Below the pieces are notes generated by a model, which did no database searches, was not told the DNA's origin, and saw only the letters and a list, made by a program, of their open reading frames with translations. From a virus (lineage: Duplodnaviria > Caudoviricetes), in IMG/VR virus record IMGVR_UViG_3300022698_000087, positions 1 to 63,855 of that record: a stretch of 63,855 nt of DNA. One strand, 5' to 3'. The position numbers and the translations under genes were made by a program. Shown one piece after another: positions 1 through 8,250 of this stretch. The stretch's first letter is position 1. The number at the start of each line of letters is the position of its first letter.

Positions 1-99
1 GACCAAGCGAAACCGCCGAAGAAGTCCTTGTGCTCTGCCTTAAAGGCTTCTGCGTCCTCGTGCTTCTCCAGCATGGCGTCTATGTGTCCACATGCCGTC
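1..99. repeat. Terminal overlap identical to 63757-63855 (circular assembly; genome ~63,756 bp)
   Basis: Exact 99-nt match of both window ends; a minus-strand ORF reads through the junction. Confidence 0.97.
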
Positions 100-209
100 A
101 ATACTTGCTGATTGAAGAGGACGCCTCCGCCATACAGCCCCTTGCTATTGGACTTTATGGCCTGCGTCAGTTTGTATAGTGACAATTCGTTGTCAAAGTT
201 GAAGTTCAT
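100..209 (-). CDS. 5' part of junction-spanning hypothetical protein (continues into 63330-63855)
   Basis: ATG at 209 (MNFNFDNELSLYKLTQAIKS...) in frame with 63330..63830; promoter just upstream. Confidence 0.8.
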
Positions 210-239
210 TTGCTCATCTCCGTGCTCTAGTATACTTAA

Positions 240-268
240 AGTATACTACATAAAACGGTCTGAGTCAA
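240..268 (-). promoter_or_regulatory. sigma70-type promoter TTGACT-N17-TATACT
   Basis: Near-consensus hexamers, 17-bp spacer, upstream of ATG 209. Confidence 0.85.
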
Positions 269-452
269 ACGACTTTCTCAAATCTGTCATGAAAATGTTC
301 GCAGGCCCGATAAAACGAATCGTCGATCATTCGGAGCCAAGATTCGAGAGGATCTGTTCCCCCTATCGTTGTTAAATCAAACACGGAAATCTCAAAGGGC
401 CCACAGCGAAAACCGCTGAAGGCCCCCTCGACACATATGATGTTTGCAGGAT

Positions 453-671
453 CTAGCATGGGCATACGCTCACATTCAGAAAACATGATGGGTCCGGAAC
501 AATGCCAAATAGCTGTTTACACTCATCCAAAGTGACTTCCCGAATATGTCCTTCAAAAGGATTGTCATCCTCTGCAATGAACACCCTACCGGAGAATTGG
601 AGAGTTATGCCATTCTTCCAGATATCTACCGCATCGTGTCCAGAATCTCTGGATAGTACTATTGTATGCAA
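453..671 (-). CDS. Hypothetical protein
   Basis: Tightly packed ORF after 676..1638. Confidence 0.6.
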   Translation of the reverse strand: MHTIVLSRDSGHDAVDIWKNGITLQFSGRVFIAEDDNPFEGHIREVTLDECKQLFGIVPDPSCFLNVSVCPC

Positions 672-675
672 TGTA

Positions 676-1638
676 TCATCCCCTCATGTTGCGACGGAGA
701 AAGGCTTCGACACGTTTCCATCCGTTATCGACGCCACCGCTCAGTTGTTTGTTGCGGACTGCCTGAAGCATGTCACGAACGCTTGAGAATGAGATCTCTG
801 CACCGTTGAGGCATATCTTGATGTTGTCCTCTACGAGGGACATTTGGCTGGCAAAGAATGTTCTTGTATTGCCGTCACTAAACCTTATCGTATATCGAAC
901 GGATCGACGTGATTTGTTGATTGTACTATTCACAATTACGCCGACAGTTCGTACACCGTCACGTTTCACTTCTACCGAGTCGCCTACCCTATATGTGTGA
1001 AGGCGTTTCTCGATAAGGTCCGGCCCGATCAACTCATATTGGAGATCGTCTGTAAAAATGCAGTAGCCGTGGTCCTTCTTTGATACGATGGTCCCCGTGA
1101 TTGTTAGGTTCTTAAGCACGCGGAGCTGGACGCGGTCGAATGGCTGAAGTTCGTGCTTCCATTTGTCTTGTGATGAAACAACACACTTCTCTGACAGATG
1201 TGCAGTTATCATATCAATCAGTGGATTTTTTGATAGCATCTGTTCCAACACCCATACGCCCCCGGTCCTTATTCCCTCAGACAGATTCTTGATGTCCCTG
1301 AAAGGAATGTTTCGCATTGCACCGCCTTTGAGCTTGACCACCGCCATGGCCGTGTCGGCCTTAATGAAGGTGCGAACTATTTGGCCATCCACCGGCCTAC
1401 CGTGGAAGCATGTCACTTTGTCATCAGGCCGCATAGAGCAGATCTTCTTAATGATGTCACTCTGGCGAATCACCGCGTGGGTGAACAGCTTCGTGTGGTC
1501 CATCAGAAGCGTAATCACCGGATTATCCGTAACATAGTTGTGTACTCCAATGACAGTTCCAACTCGGATACGCGGCTTTGATCCATCACGAAATGCCACG
1601 CGGGCTCTAACTCGGTCAAACACTTGTAATTGGTACAT
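676..1638 (-). CDS. Protein with ~4 tandem SH3/KOW/Tudor-like beta-barrel repeats
   Basis: Repeated starts LQVFDRV, MRPDDKV, LQPFDRV, YRVGDSV, each followed by G.V/I beta strands; GGAG SD. Confidence 0.55.
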   Translation of the reverse strand: MYQLQVFDRVRARVAFRDGSKPRIRVGTVIGVHNYVTDNPVITLLMDHTKLFTHAVIRQSDIIKKICSMRPDDKVTCFHGRPVDGQIVRTFIKADTAMAVVKLKGGAMRNIPFRDIKNLSEGIRTGGVWVLEQMLSKNPLIDMITAHLSEKCVVSSQDKWKHELQPFDRVQLRVLKNLTITGTIVSKKDHGYCIFTDDLQYELIGPDLIEKRLHTYRVGDSVEVKRDGVRTVGVIVNSTINKSRRSVRYTIRFSDGNTRTFFASQMSLVEDNIKICLNGAEISFSSVRDMLQAVRNKQLSGGVDNGWKRVEAFLRRNMRG

Positions 1639-1778
1639 TGAATCACTCTCCTAAAGGGAGGGCCTGCCGTTCCAGGCCCACTCTTTACCATTCGGTACTT
1701 CTGCCGATCACGGCGAAGCGTCGTAGGGTCGCATGTAGTTGAATGTTCCCCGTTGGATTGACGGCAACGGATAGGTTT

Positions 1779-1991
1779 CTAGTCTGAGTCTTCCACTGTG
1801 ATAATGTCCCCGATGTCGAGATCCATCTCATCACAGAAGGTTTCCAGATCATCGCAGAAGGCGACGACTGTTCCGGACTGGACCAGCTCTTCCAGATCAC
1901 GACCGTCAGAGCTGTGAGTATCAAGAACATCATCGGGGTCAACCTCTTTCGCATACCACTTTCCCGTCATTAGGGTTAGCCGATACCACAT
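1779..1991 (-). CDS. Small acidic hypothetical protein
   Basis: ORF with GAGGAG SD, very acidic. Confidence 0.65.
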   Translation of the reverse strand: MWYRLTLMTGKWYAKEVDPDDVLDTHSSDGRDLEELVQSGTVVAFCDDLETFCDEMDLDIGDIITVEDSD

Positions 1992-2007
1992 ATTATTCTC
2001 CTCTCAA

Positions 2008-2661
2008 CTACTTGTAGATCTTCAGGGCGATTTGTTTATTGTTGTCCAACAGGAACTGCGTATGGCAGATGCTACATTGGACTTGCTCATAACGCTCATT
2101 TGTTCGTTCCTTGACAAACATTTGAGCGTGCTTATCGCATTCAGGACAATTTCCCTCGTTAATCTCGTCAAACATCTGGCTCGATGTGAACTTAGGGATT
2201 TTCTTCTTCCTGAAGATCCTGGATAAGAGGCCCGGCTTCTTGGTATCTTTGACTTCCGGCCAGATCCCCTTATTGAGGACGGCCAGCATTCGAGCCTCGA
2301 TACCCGAATAGTCGCCACTCACCGTGACTTCATCGTGAAGCACTGTCACTTTGGCCTCAATATCGCTCTCTCTGAGCAACTTTCGGACACGTTCGATCTG
2401 TTCCTCGGCCGCAGCCACCTGGATCATAATTGCTGTTTTGGTGTCCCGTTGCGTGCGGTCAATGGCCTGCTCCTGGAATGCCGTAAGTCCACGTCCGTAG
2501 GCACTATCGGCCCCGATACCTTGTCCGTACATCGCAGCCATGCCTGCCTCCTTCATCGGCACCTTACAGTCGGCACACTTCGGGTTTTCCATAGTGAAGT
2601 AAGTACACCAATCTTTGCCGCCCACAGCGATTTTACTTGGTAGAAAATGCTTACAGTTCAT
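2008..2661 (-). CDS. Hypothetical protein with Zn-ribbons and PolA motif C/A-like segments
   Basis: CxxC pairs at both ends; central VLHDEVTVSGDYSGIEARMLA. Confidence 0.6.
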   Translation of the reverse strand: MNCKHFLPSKIAVGGKDWCTYFTMENPKCADCKVPMKEAGMAAMYGQGIGADSAYGRGLTAFQEQAIDRTQRDTKTAIMIQVAAAEEQIERVRKLLRESDIEAKVTVLHDEVTVSGDYSGIEARMLAVLNKGIWPEVKDTKKPGLLSRIFRKKKIPKFTSSQMFDEINEGNCPECDKHAQMFVKERTNERYEQVQCSICHTQFLLDNNKQIALKIYK

Positions 2662-2962
2662 CTTGGGCCTCTATTAGAAGAGCAAGTCCTTGTTCAAGAT
2701 CTCGGTTGCCGGTCCCAACACCGCGAACCATGGACGGACTACAAGTCACGCCAACCATCTTGGTTTTGCAGGTCTTACAAATCGGGGTAAACGGAACGTT
2801 CTGTTGAAGAACCCCACCGCATCCAGGACATGACCAGATTGCCGCCTCTTCGACCTTGATCTGATTTGAGATCTGTCCGCAGAAGGGGCAGATCATGTCA
2901 CCAGCTACGGTAACGGCATGTGTGGTTTTAATCTCTCGTTTGCAATTGTCACAGTGTTTCAT
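2651..2962 (-). CDS. Double Zn-ribbon protein
   Basis: Four CxxC pairs; start moved to ATG 2962 (AGGAGAG SD, downstream of promoter). Confidence 0.7.
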   Translation of the reverse strand: MKHCDNCKREIKTTHAVTVAGDMICPFCGQISNQIKVEEAAIWSCPGCGGVLQQNVPFTPICKTCKTKMVGVTCSPSMVRGVGTGNRDLEQGLALLIEAQDEL

Positions 2963-2984
2963 ATCATCTCTCCTAACTATGTAA

Positions 2985-3013
2985 AGTATACCACAAGTAT
3001 ACAACAGATGCAA
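2985..3013 (-). promoter_or_regulatory. Promoter TTGCAT-N17-TATACT
   Basis: Same architecture as promoters at 6926 and 8149. Confidence 0.8.
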
Positions 3014-3032
3014 GCGAGAAATTAAAATTCAG

Positions 3033-3254
3033 TTATCGGACGCATGGTCTACTTGCCTCCATTAGCTTGATGGTCACAACTTTGTGTTCTCGAAAGTCTG
3101 TCCCCACAAGCCCGGCCTGCTGCATGGCGTCCCAGCTCTTTCTGAGACTATCGACCGAAGGCCACAGCCACCTGCCGCCCTCGTTCTGGACCCAGATTTT
3201 GCCGGAGACGCCATGTCTCAAGGCATACATAACAGATTGCGGGAGTTTGTTCAT
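3033..3254 (-). CDS. Hypothetical protein
   Basis: ATGA overlap with rtcB stop. Confidence 0.65.
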   Translation of the reverse strand: MNKLPQSVMYALRHGVSGKIWVQNEGGRWLWPSVDSLRKSWDAMQQAGLVGTDFREHKVVTIKLMEASRPCVR

Positions 3255-4453
3255 CCCTTAACAGAGACCAGCGGCCGCAGGATGTACTTCATTCTACACA
3301 GGTCCGCTTGATTTGCCATGACCTCTTCAATGTCTTTGTAGGCACCTGGAGCCTCGTCCAGCTTGTCTGGCGTAGACATGTCACACGCAACGCCAGCCGT
3401 CTCCAGCATCTCTTGCTGGAGATCTATGTCCAGTTTGTTCTTGGCGTCGGTTCGTGACATTGACCGACCGGCCCCATGGGACGTAGATAGATAGGACGCG
3501 ACATTTCCAGTGTGTTCCACAATATATGAAGTACTTCCCATAGATCCGGGAATGATTCCCAGGTTTCCTCGGTAGGGTCCGGCTACTCCCTTCCTGTGGA
3601 CAATGAGATTGTCTCCCATATGGTTCTCAACGCTGGCGTGGTTGTGACATATGTCAATAATCGATCCCCGGTCCACCTCAAGACTTCTGTACCTTGGCTT
3701 CAGTGCTTCAATAACTCGGCATAGAATGTGCTCACGATTTCTACGGGCGAACTCGATGCACAGCTCCATGTCTCGAATGTATTTCTTGAAGTATCGACTG
3801 TCCTTGTGAAAGAACGCTAGATCCCACGACTTTGGAATCGCCGAGAAATTGATGTTATTCTCTTCGGTGGCAATCCTATTCCAGTGATTGCAGGTCTTAT
3901 ATCCAAGGTTTCGAGATCCACTGTGGATCATCACCCACAATGTGTCTTCTTGGTCAGCCTGCACTTCGATGAAGTGATTGCCACCACCAAGAGTCCCCAA
4001 TTGATAGCGGGCCCTATCTCGTTCTTCCTGATAGACTGTCCCCATGTCACCATGCATTGGCATTTCAGTCCAATCACACGGCTCTTCGTTCCAGCTCTTT
4101 CCTACCTTGACATTGGCCAGGATTCTCTCACGAATGTCCCGCCGCTTGTCGTCCGACAACCGAGACCCTCTGGGCATTCCCTTGAGCCTGCAAGCGATCA
4201 TACCACAACCAATATCAACACCCACGGCGTTGGGCACAACTACGTCCTTTGTGGCCAGCACGCAGCCTATCGGCATACCGTAGCCACCGTGAGCGTCAGG
4301 CATAACGGCGATGTGCTTTCTAGCAAAGGGCAGGCTTTGGAGGTGCATTATCTGATCTCTGCACTTATCGTCCAGAGTTTCTGGATTCACCCAAAATAAT
4401 GCGTCCCACAAGGTGTTCCCGTATGCAGGATCTGCTATCCACTTCGTTATCAT
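3251..4453 (-). CDS. rtcB: RtcB family 3'-phosphate/5'-hydroxyl RNA ligase
   Basis: Motifs MPDAH, GVDIGCG, GTLGGGNHFIE, HSGSR, HN, HRKG, PGSMG, SHGAGR, DEAPGAYK; ATG 4453 with GGAGG SD. Confidence 0.95.
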   Translation of the reverse strand: MITKWIADPAYGNTLWDALFWVNPETLDDKCRDQIMHLQSLPFARKHIAVMPDAHGGYGMPIGCVLATKDVVVPNAVGVDIGCGMIACRLKGMPRGSRLSDDKRRDIRERILANVKVGKSWNEEPCDWTEMPMHGDMGTVYQEERDRARYQLGTLGGGNHFIEVQADQEDTLWVMIHSGSRNLGYKTCNHWNRIATEENNINFSAIPKSWDLAFFHKDSRYFKKYIRDMELCIEFARRNREHILCRVIEALKPRYRSLEVDRGSIIDICHNHASVENHMGDNLIVHRKGVAGPYRGNLGIIPGSMGSTSYIVEHTGNVASYLSTSHGAGRSMSRTDAKNKLDIDLQQEMLETAGVACDMSTPDKLDEAPGAYKDIEEVMANQADLCRMKYILRPLVSVKG

Positions 4454-4758
4454 ATTTCTGCCTCCGTATTGTCGCGTATTTCTCTTAGCTTCTTCATCGC
4501 CCGAATAACTCGTTTGCCTCCGTCTGGATTGGAACATTGATGAGGAACTTCCTTTAGGATGTTCAGAGCCTCATCGATTCCAGTCCGCACTTCAGAGTAA
4601 AGTAGATTCAGAATCTTGGCTTTCGCCCTAATTTTATCGATCTCTGTATCATGTGTCCTATCAATAGAAACTCTGGACTGGACGTCGAGCTGAGCCTCCA
4701 CAAGTAGATGCCCGGCAACGCGGACGGTTCCTGTTCTGATGAACCTATGAACTTCCAT
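4450..4758 (-). CDS. Hypothetical protein
   Basis: ORF coupled to rtcB start. Confidence 0.6.
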   Translation of the reverse strand: MEVHRFIRTGTVRVAGHLLVEAQLDVQSRVSIDRTHDTEIDKIRAKAKILNLLYSEVRTGIDEALNILKEVPHQCSNPDGGKRVIRAMKKLREIRDNTEAEI

Positions 4759-5020
4759 GTCGTCTCCCCCTGGCAACCTTTGCTCCCCAGTCTAGCACCT
4801 TTGTGGATACGGTCAATGACCAATCCTCAGCATTGTAGCCCATGAACAAGGCCACCGGAACAATTACCACCATGGCCAGATCGATCAAGGTGATAACTAG
4901 CATCACCAGGGCCATCAAGAACGTCAGACAGGCGAATAGAAGGCATCCAATCGCCTGCAACACTAGCCTGTATTCGTACCAAAGAAATAAGGCTATACAA
5001 CCATAGAGCAGGAGGGACAT
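4745..5020 (-). CDS. Small membrane protein
   Basis: Long hydrophobic segments. Confidence 0.6.
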   Translation of the reverse strand: MSLLLYGCIALFLWYEYRLVLQAIGCLLFACLTFLMALVMLVITLIDLAMVVIVPVALFMGYNAEDWSLTVSTKVLDWGAKVARGRRHGSS

Positions 5021-5478
5021 ATGTCTTTCCTTAAATGAAGGATCATTGTGCGATGTAGGCGCCTACATTCATCGCATTCGCACACGTGCCAATCGTCGAT
5101 AGGTGTATCGACTTCATCATTGTGGCGGTTTCGATACTCCAAGAAGCTTCCGATTGCATCGGCCGGTGTCGGGAAGCGATTGTATGTGTAGTGGCTATTC
5201 CAGTGCAGGCACCACGTGTCGTCCTCTACCCTGTAGAGACTTCCCTCGTGCGATTTCACATCTTGGCCCTGAGCAAGAGCCAATGCCCCCATAATTCGCC
5301 ACAGCGATGCTAGTGCATCATCATGGTCTGGATACGCAACCATCATCATTATACGCTGCTCACAATGAAGCGGCATACCTTGAAATGGGTGCAGGTAAAA
5401 GTCTACCTGATATATCGGGAATTTCTGTTCCATATCTTCTACTCTCATGGTGGGGGCCGAAGCCCCCACCGGCCTCAT
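4993..5478 (-). CDS. Hypothetical protein
   Basis: ORF in operon; start uncertain. Confidence 0.55.
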   Translation of the reverse strand: MRPVGASAPTMRVEDMEQKFPIYQVDFYLHPFQGMPLHCEQRIMMMVAYPDHDDALASLWRIMGALALAQGQDVKSHEGSLYRVEDDTWCLHWNSHYTYNRFPTPADAIGSFLEYRNRHNDEVDTPIDDWHVCECDECRRLHRTMILHLRKDICPSCSMVV

Positions 5479-5490
5479 GGTTTGTCTGTC

Positions 5491-5841
5491 CTACTGGACC
5501 TTCTTACAGCGAATCTTCCTTGTGACTCCGGTCACGTGAGACCGCTGGCACTTGAATCGCGTGTGGCTGCAGTCACCAAGGACGCCGCTTACGTGAGGCT
5601 TACCATGGGGACATCCCATTTCGGCACACTTGTCGGTTGCGGCTTCGCAGATCACGAGCACTTCCTTGGAGGCCTTCTTGATGAGACGCAGGCCAGAGGA
5701 GAAGATACGCTGCGTGCCGATGGATGTACGCACTTCAACGATTCTGGGGCTCGTCATTTTCTCGACAACAGCCTGCACCGGTGCGTCACCAGCTACGATA
5801 AGAACCAAATCACCTTTGCTGAACATCTCAGTTCTCCTCAA
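5491..5841 (-). CDS. Hypothetical protein (KOW-like start, Cys-rich C-terminus)
   Basis: FSKGDLV start; Cys/His cluster. Confidence 0.55.
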   Translation of the reverse strand: MRRTEMFSKGDLVLIVAGDAPVQAVVEKMTSPRIVEVRTSIGTQRIFSSGLRLIKKASKEVLVICEAATDKCAEMGCPHGKPHVSGVLGDCSHTRFKCQRSHVTGVTRKIRCKKVQ

Positions 5842-6274
5842 TTAGTCCGTGCTCTCTCGGAGAATCACAACCAAGCAATTCTCCCTTCAGGTTTTCCAAG
5901 GCCTCCTCAATTGGTATGAGAAGGGTCAAGGCCATATCTCGCGTCCACTCATAAGTGTACGCCGTGACGTTGCTTCGCTTTCTATGGTAGGAGCTGGTCA
6001 AGTGACCAAGCTTCCTAATGGCCTCTAGGGCCTGTGCCTGTCTCTTGGCACCTATTCGATCAAACTTGTCCATCAGTGACTCTTCAGACCCATCTGTTCC
6101 TTCGCACTGTGATGGAGTCACAAGCGTAGGCTGCTGCGGCACATCGACGTCTGCCGGTGCCTCCTGGGCCTTTTTGCTGAAGTCAACCATGGACCATTTG
6201 CCACATCCAGATTCACTTCCTGTACAGTCATCAGTGTAGTGGCCACATGATAGACATTTGGTTGCAATGCTCAT
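5828..6274 (-). CDS. Hypothetical protein
   Basis: Coupled ORF with N-terminal CxxC. Confidence 0.6.
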   Translation of the reverse strand: MSIATKCLSCGHYTDDCTGSESGCGKWSMVDFSKKAQEAPADVDVPQQPTLVTPSQCEGTDGSEESLMDKFDRIGAKRQAQALEAIRKLGHLTSSYHRKRSNVTAYTYEWTRDMALTLLIPIEEALENLKGELLGCDSPREHGLIEEN

Positions 6275-6474
6275 AGCTCTCTCCAGTTGATGATTCCTTC
6301 GCCCGCCAAGGCTTCCCGAATGTCTTCGTCATCATGGCTAGACCCAGGAAGACTGATGGTTGTTGTTTCTTCGTAACCTGCCGCATAGGTGACTTCCAGT
6401 GTCACTTCGTGGTGCATCCCTGCGGCCATCTGCCGATCATAATCGGCGTCTGCTTGTCTGTCGTCATCCACCAT
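6271..6474 (-). CDS. Small acidic hypothetical protein, first gene after the ncRNA region
   Basis: AGGAGAG SD. Confidence 0.6.
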   Translation of the reverse strand: MVDDDRQADADYDRQMAAGMHHEVTLEVTYAAGYEETTTISLPGSSHDDEDIREALAGEGIINWREL

Positions 6475-6495
6475 TTCTCTCTCCTGTTCTCTGAC

Positions 6496-6722
6496 CTACT
6501 GTAAAGTCGTGGGATGATCCAAACTGGTTTGGTCCATGGACCTTTCCAGTTTGGACTATCGGCCTATCCCGTATGGCCGGTCACGGGGTTTGACTCTTGG
6601 TCCTTGACCCATGACAATTATCGATTGCTGCCCCCTTTACTCTCCAGCTCCGAAGAGCTTTGTAGGCGTGGACAGTCTCTAGTTGACGCCTCGTTGTTCG
6701 GTCTGAGAACCTACAGTAAAAG
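6496..6722 (-). ncRNA. Putative structured ncRNA (~225 nt)
   Basis: Closing helix UACUGUAG/UUACAGUA, AGCUC-UUCG-GAGCU hairpin, UCCAAACUGG/CCAGUUUGGA helix, CGGCC hairpin whose loop GGGAU matches downstream AUCCC. Confidence 0.55.
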
Positions 6723-6723
6723 C

Positions 6724-6882
6724 TGGCTCCGGAAGGTAACGATCCTTCATCTTCCTAGCCTCATGCGTGACACTGACTGGCAATCAATGTCACGATCCCT
6801 GCCAGATCAAAGAAAGCTTAGCCATACTTTCAAAGACTTTGGGGCAAGAGGCTAGGCCGCATTGCCATAATGCTACGGAGCC
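6724..6882 (-). ncRNA. tRNA-like RNA with anticodon loop replaced by ~85-nt structured insert
   Basis: Acceptor GGCUCCG/CGGAGCC+A, U8A9, D-arm GCAU-UAUGGCA-AUGC, extended stem CCUAGCCUC/GAGGCUAGG, T-arm GAAGG-AUCGUUA-CCUUC. Confidence 0.75.
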
Positions 6883-6892
6883 GTTAATGTCA

Positions 6893-6904
6893 TTTTCAAA
6901 GAGC
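6893..6904 (-). promoter_or_regulatory. boxA-like antitermination element GCTCTTTGAAAA
   Basis: Resembles rrn leader boxA (GCTCTTTAACAA); lies between promoter and tRNA-like RNA. Confidence 0.6.
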
Positions 6905-6925
6905 TTTGTTCCTCACTACACCTAA

Positions 6926-6954
6926 AGTATACACGATATTTTCTTTAGATGCAA
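6926..6954 (-). promoter_or_regulatory. Promoter TTGCAT-N17-TATACT driving the ncRNA locus
   Basis: Near-consensus hexamers with 17-bp spacer. Confidence 0.85.
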
Positions 6955-6979
6955 GTGAAAACTTTGAGATTCACAACTT

Positions 6980-7216
6980 TCAGTTATCGGACTGAAGATC
7001 CTGAAGCTCCTCGGTTGTTTTTGCTCCAGGCTCATATACGAATAGGTATTGCTTCAGGTGGTCAAGATCTCGATAGGTATGGGTCACTTCATTGTGTCCC
7101 ACATGATCGTTCGTGATCCGAAGTTGATTGGTCCCCGCTACTTCGTAGATGATGTATCCCCACTGGCCCACCATCCATCGAACCTCATGTAGTGCCATGG
7201 CCTGTACGTTTCTCAT
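6980..7216 (-). CDS. Hypothetical protein
   Basis: Coupled ORF. Confidence 0.6.
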   Translation of the reverse strand: MRNVQAMALHEVRWMVGQWGYIIYEVAGTNQLRITNDHVGHNEVTHTYRDLDHLKQYLFVYEPGAKTTEELQDLQSDN

Positions 7217-7794
7217 AATCCGACTCTATTTATCTTGAATTGCCTATACAGCTCCATGGCAAACTTGTTCCCAATAAACTTTGTAACCATCTGCAGATGA
7301 ACTAAGCAGAAGATCGGCCCGTGTTTTTGTCCCCATGTCACAAGGTGAGCAAGCTCATGAATAGCTTGAAACTTGTCAGGGGACTTACCGAACTTCAATG
7401 TGAACGTCCCTGTGGCACGGTTCCTGCTGCAACATGCAGAGCCCGTTGTTCTTCTTCCGCTATATCGTACTGCAAAAGATACTTCACCGAAGTGAGTACA
7501 GAACCAAAGGCCTCTCACTATTTCCTTCAGGAACAGACTGTTTTCAGTAGGAGAGATCTGTGGGACATCAATCACTTTACGAAGGGCCCACTCTGATCTA
7601 TACTCTTTGATGCGTTGGAAGTCACGAGTCACCATTGGATACTTCGTAGCATCCCAAAGCGTCTTACAGTCCAGGTCGCTGTTTGTTATATACACTGCCT
7701 TATCCCCAAGGTATATCCGCTTGTTCGGTTCATGGTCTTTCCCTTGAACGCCGAATCTAGTAGCTTCTGGAAGTTGCTTGCAATCTGTTGGCAC
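7213..7794 (-). CDS. SprT-like/zincin metallopeptidase domain protein
   Basis: HELAH...HGPxF motif; start uncertain. Confidence 0.65.
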   Translation of the reverse strand: MPTDCKQLPEATRFGVQGKDHEPNKRIYLGDKAVYITNSDLDCKTLWDATKYPMVTRDFQRIKEYRSEWALRKVIDVPQISPTENSLFLKEIVRGLWFCTHFGEVSFAVRYSGRRTTGSACCSRNRATGTFTLKFGKSPDKFQAIHELAHLVTWGQKHGPIFCLVHLQMVTKFIGNKFAMELYRQFKINRVGL

Positions 7795-8105
7795 CAGTGT
7801 TCTGCTAGTTCCGGATAGTCTTGGGAACTGTCAGTCCTTGGCACTACCGAGATTGACGTCAGACCACAGTACTCGTAAACAATCACTTCTGCATGATGAT
7901 TCTCAAGCAGAATATGCTCGTCATTGCTTGCCGAACGGTCGCAGGAGAAGAACGACGGCCATCTGGTTTCAATCAAGTCCATGATGTAGTCGATCTCTTC
8001 TCTCCACATATCCGCAGCAAGTGGATCGTCATCTTCGCACCAATCGGAAGAATCAATGTGGACCGTGATTGCCGCGTCATGATTATAGTATACGCCTCTG
8101 GGCAT
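7686..8105 (-). CDS. Hypothetical phage protein
   Basis: ATG 8105 (MPRGVYY) with GGAGAG SD downstream of promoter. Confidence 0.65.
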   Translation of the reverse strand: MPRGVYYNHDAAITVHIDSSDWCEDDDPLAADMWREEIDYIMDLIETRWPSFFSCDRSASNDEHILLENHHAEVIVYEYCGLTSISVVPRTDSSQDYPELAEHWCQQIASNFQKLLDSAFKGKTMNRTSGYTLGIRQCI

Positions 8106-8148
8106 TTTACTCTCTCCAAAAGATGTGTTTCGTTCTCCATCTACGTAA

Positions 8149-8177
8149 AGTATACTACATAGATTAAATCTATGCAA
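8149..8177 (-). promoter_or_regulatory. Promoter TTGCAT-N17-TATACT
   Basis: Near-consensus, 17-bp spacer. Confidence 0.85.
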
Positions 8178-8188
8178 GTAGAAAATAT

Positions 8189-8220
8189 AAAAAATGCCGA
8201 GGCCCAGATGGGCCCCGGCA
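8189..8220 (-). terminator. Intrinsic terminator
   Basis: GC hairpin TGCCG(G)GGCCC-ATCT-GGGCC(T)CGGCA followed by T-run on minus strand. Confidence 0.75.
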
Positions 8221-8250
8221 CCGGAGGATGAGAAATGAGAGGGGAAGTGC

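Noticed and set aside
1-99. 99-bp direct terminal repeat as biological genome ends
   Set aside because: The length equals a common assembler k-mer and it falls mid-ORF; this is a circularisation overlap
6514-6855. 113-aa plus-strand ORF over the ncRNA locus
   Set aside because: It is antisense to the promoter and to all other genes and has no recognisable motif; the RNA structure explains the region better
6724-6882. Intron-containing tRNA spliced by RtcB, or tmRNA
   Set aside because: There is no bulge-helix-bulge, the insert is too short for a group I intron, and no excision at the usual sites gives a canonical U33/purine-37 loop. It also lacks the G3.U70 pair and a convincing tag ORF, so it is kept only as a tRNA-like RNA
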